A stretch of DNA of 64,000 nucleotides. Origin: Trichoplax adhaerens (lineage: Eukaryota; Animalia; Placozoa). This document shows, in pieces, positions 56,001-64,000 of the stretch. Made by a program: the position numbers and the translations under genes. The stretch covers positions 8,645,070-8,709,069 of the forward strand of contig NW_002060943.1 in NCBI RefSeq assembly GCF_000150275.1, in the 5' to 3' direction. How positions within the stretch are numbered: position 1 is the first letter of the stretch; each line of letters begins with the position of its first letter. The notes beneath the pieces are model-generated. The model saw nothing but the letters and a program-made list of their open reading frames with translations. It was not told the DNA's origin and ran no database searches.

Positions 56001-59000
56001 CATCCAGTCTTAGTTTATGTATCTACTATAATCCAGGGACTATGAGTTGGAATTAAAATCATTCCAAAGTTATTATACCGTACAATATATTTTATACTGG
56101 CTGTTAATTTAAGCATTTCTAGCCAATTTTATATATATGAGTATGTTCCAGCGCTAATCCAGTATAGCTATAAGTACAGTTCTCTGAACTTTTAGCTAGT
56201 CTAACGTAATTTTTTCCCAACTTACGAAAGAAGTAAACTCAACAGCAGATATCCCACTATATCTTAAAGTTAGATATTACTTTTTGATAATTCAATTTAT
56301 TTTAAAATCAACTTGTAATGGCTGTGGTATGGACTACGCTCATACCTGTATATTTTAGAAATTGTTATTGTCCGTAATACTTGGGCATTTTTTCTTTTAG
56401 AGGAGTTAATTTTGCAGTCCCATTTATTATTATAAATACTGATCTCAATCACCATGATCACCCACCATTCAATTTTATGATAAAATAATTATGAGTTATT
56501 CTCTATTCTAAAATTCTCGAAAGAGTTAAACTCACTAATTATTAAGTAATTGTATGTGATTTTTTTAAACTGCGAAACCTCACTTTATGTGTATTACTTA
56601 ATTATTTAACTCGATTATTCACAGGCTTAATCTGATTTAATATGTACGTTTCTTATATCTCCTTCACCGTTAAATTATTCAATACGATAATAATGGATTC
56701 TTACACTCTTAATGAATTTAATTGATACAATTGATACCATTGATCTCTTTGTTAATGAAAAATATTTTTAAATTTAATAAAGTTAGTATTATCGCTTTTT
56801 TTAAATAATTTAACAAAGTTTTTAAGATATTGCCTGCATATTTGACTTACTAGTAAGGTGTATTGATAGATAATTACAATTATTTGTAGGGTCATATTGA
56901 TTTATTATTCTTTTTCAATAGGCCATACAGGTAAAGGTAAAGACATTTACTCAATCTATGGAGTTGAGAATCAGGTAGAATTGTTCGGCCTTAAATTTTT
57001 ATTATGTAATTGTATAACTTATTAACGATTGCTTTCCGTTGCTATATTAGATTGGTAGCATACCTCCATACAATCATCAACCAGTTGTTGATGTTAACCT
57101 TCATCAGAGTATACCAGCAGCAGCTAATCCAGAGAATGAAATCAACGTCTCTGAGGATTCCCAAATGTCTATGACTACATCAGCATTAAGTGCGGAGAGA
57201 GCAAGAAAAACTAAACGCAAAATGGCCGAACCAATAACTCCGCAGCAGGTACCTTGATAACAAAGATAAATTTGATAATACTCAAGTTAATGCATCTGTT
57301 TAGCAGATTATTTACGAATGATTTTGATAACTTGAGTCAAAATTGTTAATCCAATTTTATTACTTATAGATTTATCCAGATTCAGCAAATGATTCTATAC
57401 CTCGTGTTGTGCCTAATCATGGTAGTAATTCATGTCCTGATCAATTCTTTCCTCGTAAGTTAATGGGATTAATTTGTCAACTAAAAATTAAATACCTTAG
57501 CTCTAATCATATACGTGCTTTGTTGGTCATACGTTTCATCTTTCTTTTAGACTCTGACAGTAGTAGCGAACTATGGCAAGCAAATCACGTACAACATCAT
57601 AACCAGAATAATTTCCCTCCAACTGTTCCTACAAATCAGGACTCTATAACGCCTAGTCCGGTATATTGACATCAACAATCATGAAATAGTATAGTTAATC
57701 TTAAATTATATGTTGTGGTTATAAGAGCATTAAGCAATCTATTTTTTTAGCGGCTGTTTAGCTCTTATGCAGAAATTATTATATTATTATTTAATAAAGT
57801 TTATAAATTCTTTTACATTGAAATTGCGTAGCATTACAGCAACTTACCTTTGGACCACAACTCGATAACGTCAGAACAGATTAATTCAAATTACTCTGGA
57901 ATTTCTAATTATCAACATCTTAATCAACATCAGCCTATGATAGTAAATAATACAGCCTTTGGATCTACACCTGGTCATGTTAATAGTCCAAGTGGGTATT
58001 TACTACAAACATATTTCTGATGCTTTAAATTTAGACGCTACAATTTTATTTTTCGGCTTTCTTTAGAAGCCCGAAGGTTAAGAAGTAATTATACATAGAT
58101 TATTTGTAAAATTTTTTAATAAAATGCGCTGTTTTTTCTTAAAATTGCAAATTATTCAAAATTCAAGATTTACCCCATGCAGGCGCTAGCGGGGTATGTT
58201 TACTATTTAGACTTATTACATAATCACACTTAAATTGAAGTCATTCCATCAAATTTGAATATTGATTACTTTGACAATTTAAATACTATATTTCAGGTAT
58301 ATCAATCAGATAATGCCACTTCTACTTATTCTTCGACTCCATCAACTCCATTAACTACAGAAGCACCTATCACAGTTGACAGACAAATGTCAGGTATGGG
58401 ATAATCAAGTAAATCAATTTACATTTAATTTTGGTTAGCATTACTTCGAAATTTGAATGATTAACGTAACATGATTATGATCAAATAAGGAACGCCTAAT
58501 ACTACAATGTCATCATGGCATCGTCCTCAAATCAATGGAACAACAAATCAATTTAACAATGTTATGACTGGAGTAAGATTTGTTTCTAAAATCAAAATCC
58601 TTGTTAATTATAATATTTCAGTCATTTGAGTCTACTGTCTTACAATAATAATATGTAAGTAGAGTACAATTTTATACACTTGCTAAGTTTGACATTGATG
58701 CAACGGAATTAGAAGTATTATGAAACAGTGATGACGTTATCGCTTGTTAGATATAATATAATAATTTCTACATTATAGCAACCGGTGAGAGTTAACGATC
58801 GCTTGGATGATGCCATCACGGTTTTAAGAAATCACGCAGAATTTAATGCTCCTAACTATCAAAGTCAACATAGCAGTGTTGTTTACAACTCTAATGCTTT
58901 CACTAGTATGCCCATAACTGTTAGTGAAACAAATACGATGGATACAATGGTAAACAAAATAGGGTAGATTCTAATGTAACATTCAATACATATTTTATTT

Positions 59001-60533
59001 ATTACTGTCAATATGAATTCGTTCGTTCTTAGGTAACTCATGCGGTTGACGTTGGTGAATCATCAAGTAATCCAATTGATCGAAGTACTAGCTCGAGTAC
59101 TCCACATACTTCAGGCAGCAGTAGTAAGTCTATTATTTGCTTTTTACACTTAAGATTATTTTAAGCATTGTCCATAATTTTACTTATCTGTATAATCTTA
59201 AGGAAGTTTGGTGATTCTTTTTTTTTATATTATTATTCTATTTAGCATCGACTTTGAGTATTGCAGTTGCATGCAATGAATTTGATGATCCATGTCTATT
59301 TAAATGCGTATGTAGCGTGCTAAATGTATGTTGTGTTTACAATATATTTGTGTAATAGGAAATTTAAAATTAAATAAGCGTGATAGGCAACAACGTCATA
59401 AGACTGAAGATGTAAAAGATGAAGGTGATGAATCTACAGAACGAATACAACGCGAACACGATAGAAGACACGCAAATAATGCTCGAGAGAGGTATGGTCT
59501 ACATAAAATTAATTAATGCCGGAAATAAAGATGATCGATGGATTGATGTCGAATTGCTAACACTTATGGTTTCAATAGTTATTTAAATACTTCTCGAATT
59601 CATTTCTAATGTAGAATTCGTGTCAGAGATATTAACGAGGCATTTAAGGAGTTAGGGCGAATGTGTGTTATTCATGCACCATCAGAGAAGGCCCAAACTA
59701 AGGTAACAGACATATCCTACACGTTTTATGTTAGGTTAAATAATTAAATATTCGCAGTGACATGCTTAAGTTGATTTTAATACAAGCAATGTAAAATCTG
59801 AGATTCTAATGAAATAAATATTAAATATACGTATATATTTAAAAGAACCATAAAATAGATGGTATTACTATATCACCGTTAACCGTAACATCGTAATTGT
59901 CAGAATATTTCAAAATTGAAATCGTAACCTTACTTGAGTTTTTTATGACAATATTAGTTATCTATTTTACATCAATCGGTTCAAGTAATAACGCAGTTGG
60001 AAGCCCAAGTTCGAGGTAAATAGCATTATATTGCTGTGGTAGTGATACTAATAATTCTATATATGCGGTACCATTTGATTACGGATGAAGAAACAAATTA
60101 CTATTATTTCAACTTCTGTTATTCAAAATCGGATTGATAATTTGTTTGTAAAGTGATATACTAATCATTGATTTTGGTATATATTTTAGAACGGAATCTC
60201 AACCCTAAAGCAGCTTGCTTAAAACATCGTGAAGAAGAGAAAGTGTCTAGCGATAGTTACAGTCCATCATTTAAGAACTGTAACGATGACGATAATGAAC
60301 TAGATGATAAATTCTTTCTTAATCTAAATAAAGTAGGACATCGTGGTAGTACTGATGATGATGATGATGCTATTGATAGTATCAATGCAAGTTGTGGTGG
60401 CAATAATAGACACCATGTTAATCAATTATTTGGATCCAATTCAAATTGTCTAGCTAGTAACGATAATAACGATATTCCAAACGGAGATTTTAGCGAAATA
60501 ACTAAGCGATCTGACAGTGGTACCAATATGTAA
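39799..60533 (+). CDS. TCF12: Class I bHLH E-protein (TCF3/TCF4/TCF12, daughterless orthologue)
   Basis: Spliced bHLH reads [10 protein letters not shown]|[17 protein letters not shown]...KAQTK|[19 protein letters not shown]|[12 protein letters not shown]; AD2-region motif [13 protein letters not shown]. Inferred exons: 39799-39857, 41304-41403, 42510-42552, 45402-45502, 47808-48042, 56922-56974, 57051-57248, 57370-57454, 57551-57660, 57832-~57995, unresolved micro-exon(s) in 58067-58193, 58297-58393, 58490-58572, 58779-58949, 59033-59123, 59359-59491, 59615-59702, 59958-60015, 60190-60533. The symbol denotes the family (pro-orthologue of TCF3/4/12). The 5' exons are less certain than the bHLH exons. 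Confidence 0.9.
43571..43875. repeat. Tandem repeat, 3 x ~85-90 bp, in E-protein intron 3
   Basis: TCTATTAAGTCAAGTCAATAACCCAGGGACACTA...ATTAGAC(G/T)GCAAACTG(A/G)ACTAGT(C/T)GA(C/T)GACTAGGTGTA occurs three times. Confidence 0.92.
43778..44025. repeat. Low-complexity TACAG/CTGTA (GTACTGTACAGTAC) tract
   Basis: Dense interleaved TACAGTAC and GTACTGTA words; smaller patches at about 40940-41010 and 43020-43040. Confidence 0.8.
50051..50090. repeat. (TA)n microsatellite
   Basis: About 20 TA units with one CA interruption, immediately 5' of the palindrome array. Confidence 0.95.
51606..52127. mobile_element. ~520 bp dispersed repeat, copy 2, inserted into the palindrome array
   Basis: Same orientation and length as 33133-33653; breaks the ~125 bp periodicity of the array. 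Confidence 0.72.
52916..53135. other. Assembly gap (220 N)
   Basis: Run of N inside the tandem array. Confidence 1.
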
Positions 60534-63500
60534 GATTTTGTATCGGTGATAGTATTAGCGAAATATTATCTGTTGTAGATTGATAATGAATATTAATGAG
60601 TAGATGTAATGTGCTTAGATAGGATGTTTAAGTAGCCCATTGGTGAATGAAGTAATGCTATCCAAAAAAATTAGCAGAAAGCAGTTATTTTCTCCAATTT
60701 AAATTTTAGATGTAGTGATTCTAAATGATCCTGATTAACTTCTATATAGCTACTATTTTAAAATGCTTAATGTTACATTTTTTAATAATGTTTGGCACTT
60801 CTACATTGATGTTGATCATGAATTGAGAATGTTTATAGAATTTTTCCCTTTTATTACTGCTGTGGTTCATGATTTGATATAATATACACACAATTTCAAT
60901 GTCCATGTGTCGTATTTCAGTAGTGAAATCAGTTTTCAACATTATTGTTGTCTCGATTATCAAATTTTTAATTATTCGTTTATTAAAATTTGTATTAATA
61001 ATAGATCATTGTTTTAACGATATCATTAACTAATCGTAGTTTCGGTATGAGAAATTGATTATTTTAGTTAGCGCTATTTGGTCTTTGGCGATATTCATAA
61101 CAAGTAAATATGTTGTATGTGTTGAGAGAGGAATGGACGAATAGATAAATTACTAGATTTCTTTCATTGATTTACTTTGATTAACTGACTGTATATTTAG
61201 CTTTCATTTTATGATTGCGCTTGATCTCCTTTCTGCTAACAATAGCTGTTGTAATTAACTTATAGCTTGATATGCACTCTGACCAATACAGTGCCGTGGC
61301 AATGACCAATGCATATGCATGATATAAATAATAACGGTACTTTCGTTATAATAAATTTTGTTAGTAATTTATTGACATTGTATGTTCAAAGTAAATTTTC
61401 ATCTACCTCTTATCTTATAGCTCGTTATTGTCTTGCTTAAATTAGGTTGTCAATGATTATAATCCGTGATTTATAATAACGGAAATTATTAATTATTGAT
61501 GCCAAATTCATGAGTACTTACTATTATAAACTATCATCCTTAAATCCGCCTAGCATATTGCATACTAATCTCGATTTTATCAATTGATGGTAACTGAATA
61601 GCTTGACCTACTGCCAGTACGTAGATCATTTTCCATGGAAGAATTGACTATAGTTCACTAAAAAAGTCTTACGATACAGTTAGAATATTGCTCAAGATAT
61701 ACGACGTATTAATGTACTTAAGCAGTAAGTGAGTATTCAGTTTTGTCGGTACAGTACGATTCGGGTAATACTTATAGTAGATAAATACCTGTAAGTACTG
61801 ACAAGATTGGAGTAATTCAAGTACATGCACTGATCATAGCAACAATTTTCTACTGATTCCATGATATCAATTGGATGAAATAGAACATAAAAGATTTTAC
61901 AGACCACCATGACCTCATAGATTGAAAGAAGAAATTTAGAAATAGTTTTATTTTCGATCATGTGTTTATGTTACTTGGAATTTGAAAATTTATATGTGTA
62001 CGTCAATACTACCTGTAAAGACTTGATTTATGTAAAATCGTATTCTTATTTACATCTTGACATGTTAGTTATAAGCCTTCCACGTAGTCTACAAAAGGTG
62101 TTGTTTATACAAATTGATTATTCTAACTCTTTCAATAGAAACTATTTTATAGCTAGCCTTTACTGATTACTTATGACTATGACTAGATTTTTGTCTTTTC
62201 TGCGCTTATTTGTTTTATTGGCAATACAGATAAATTATTCTCTCAATCGATACTATTTTAATCGAAAATCTTAGCGATAAGATTAGTATTTTTATTGGTA
62301 GACTTCATAAATTTCATCATCTGGTTTTTGTCTTATAAGTGCACTATCCAATTTCCCTATTAATTGCTTAGGATAGATTGTAGTAATTATAATGATTATG
62401 ATACGACTCTAAGTTGATCTTAGATTACACTACATTCATAAAATTTTAATTCATGCCTTGGTCTACTAAGCATCTTATGGTATACATTAGACCTAATTAA
62501 AGAGGTATAATATTTATTAATAGAAAATTAATAGTTTTAGGCTATACATCTTACAATTAAGATAATTTTATAAAGCGATGCGTACAATAACTGTAATATC
62601 GACAATTTTTACTCTGTTTCTGTATAATTGGAATACAGTAAGAAATTAACTAGCAAGTTTTATTAACTAAGACAATGTGATGACATATACTAAATCGATA
62701 TAAAATTAATGTTCAGTTACGTATGACAATGAATGATTTTGCCAAGCTTTGATATATGCATGACTTATAATGTAATAATGATTGTATCTGATGCCATGTG
62801 GTTATACTTTATGCTTATCAATATGGTCCATTAATCGTATAAATTAATATACTGCTGTAAATTTCTCATCTGAAATTAGACAGGATACAAAAATTACAAA
62901 TCATCTGGCCGATCTATCCAGTTAATTCTTACCCTTATTCCGAGCATAGATATCCAATCTTGATAGGAAAAAATTCGGAATTGAGTAATTCATTTTAACA
63001 TTATGAGAAATCTCTATTGATTATTACTTATCAATACTGATGATCAGTTTAGCCAAAAACAAAAGCTAATGCGTAGCTATTTTATGATTAGCTAAAGATC
63101 GTGTTTTGAGATTGAGAACGAATAAGGTCAATCGGTTATTGTGAGGACTTAAAAAAATCTAAATAATTTTAACGCATAGTCTTATGTTCATGGCGGCAAT
63201 ACGAGTATTATGAATTAAAACTGAGAAGGAACACAAATAATAGGATTAACGATGAGAATTATTTAGATATCCTTATATTACTATCACTACAGAATTTGAT
63301 GGAACAAGCTGTAAGTCACATAAAATATAAATACTTCCTTTGCGAATTTCGAATAAATACCAAATTTTATTAATGTATAGTTCCGTAAATAACCAAGATT
63401 AATTAATCTTTTACATAGATCGTATTACTTGCAATTCAAACATTTAAATTAGATTGCCAGAGATAATTTTTCAGCTAAATATTATGCATCGTTAATGATT

Positions 63501-64000
63501 AATTTATAATTATAATTGAGCTACGTTCAAGAATATTGATTCGTATTATTTATGCAGTGCAAGTAGTCATGAGGTAAGAATAAAATAAAAGTATCCCGAT
63601 AGTGATGCATTCAGTTTGTTGTGTTTCTAAAGGATTAAAATGACTCAAAATTTCATTACTGAAATGTTTCTTATTACATAATCACAAATGCTCGCGCTTT
63701 ATTCTTAATTTTACAGCATTTATCAAAATTATCTGCAAAAGGAACATTATTTAATTGACAAATCGTGCATTGCTTTCGTTAAGCTATTTTCAGTGGCAAC
63801 ATTATTTACATATTTAAAATTAGTGACTGAAATTTTATCCCGAAAAAATTAAATGCAAGAAACTATTAGTACTAATGTGTCATTTTATAAATATGTTCAT
63901 TGACTTATCATATGTCTTGATTTTATCAACCTGATATATACCATTGGCATACATATACTCTTATTCCATAATTTGCTCTATTAGTTATGCTCTATTCGAT

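Noticed and set aside
60742-64000. Short ORFs downstream of the E-protein stop
   Set aside because: AT-rich, no domain similarity and no consistent splice pattern that I could find; likely 3' UTR and intergenic sequence.
1-64000. tRNA, rRNA and spliceosomal snRNA genes
   Set aside because: None recognised by eye; a tRNAscan-SE or Infernal run is needed to exclude them.

Overview
AT-rich, intron-containing animal DNA with many short introns. The gene content and style suggest a non-bilaterian such as the placozoan Trichoplax (inference, not proven). Five protein-coding genes can be reconstructed by eye: a KIAA1328/hinderin-like gene (-, runs off the left edge), PDE12 (+, 5 exons), an intronless class A GPCR (-), a divergent otopetrin-family proton-channel gene (-, 6 coding exons, about 755 aa) and a ~21 kb class I bHLH E-protein gene (TCF3/4/12/daughterless; +). 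The standout feature is a ~4.8 kb array in the largest E-protein intron (about 50130-54920). It holds about 34 copies of the palindrome TCCCNNGGGA (20 perfect by my count), the known COE/EBF binding site, conserved inside otherwise heavily diverged repeat units, so it looks superficially like a repeat-spacer array. A second degenerate array with ATCGAT/ATCAAT (CUT-homeodomain-like) cores lies at about 8050-10000. Also present are a ~520 bp dispersed element in two copies, several local tandem repeats and one 220-N assembly gap. All counts and splice models were made by hand and need computational confirmation.
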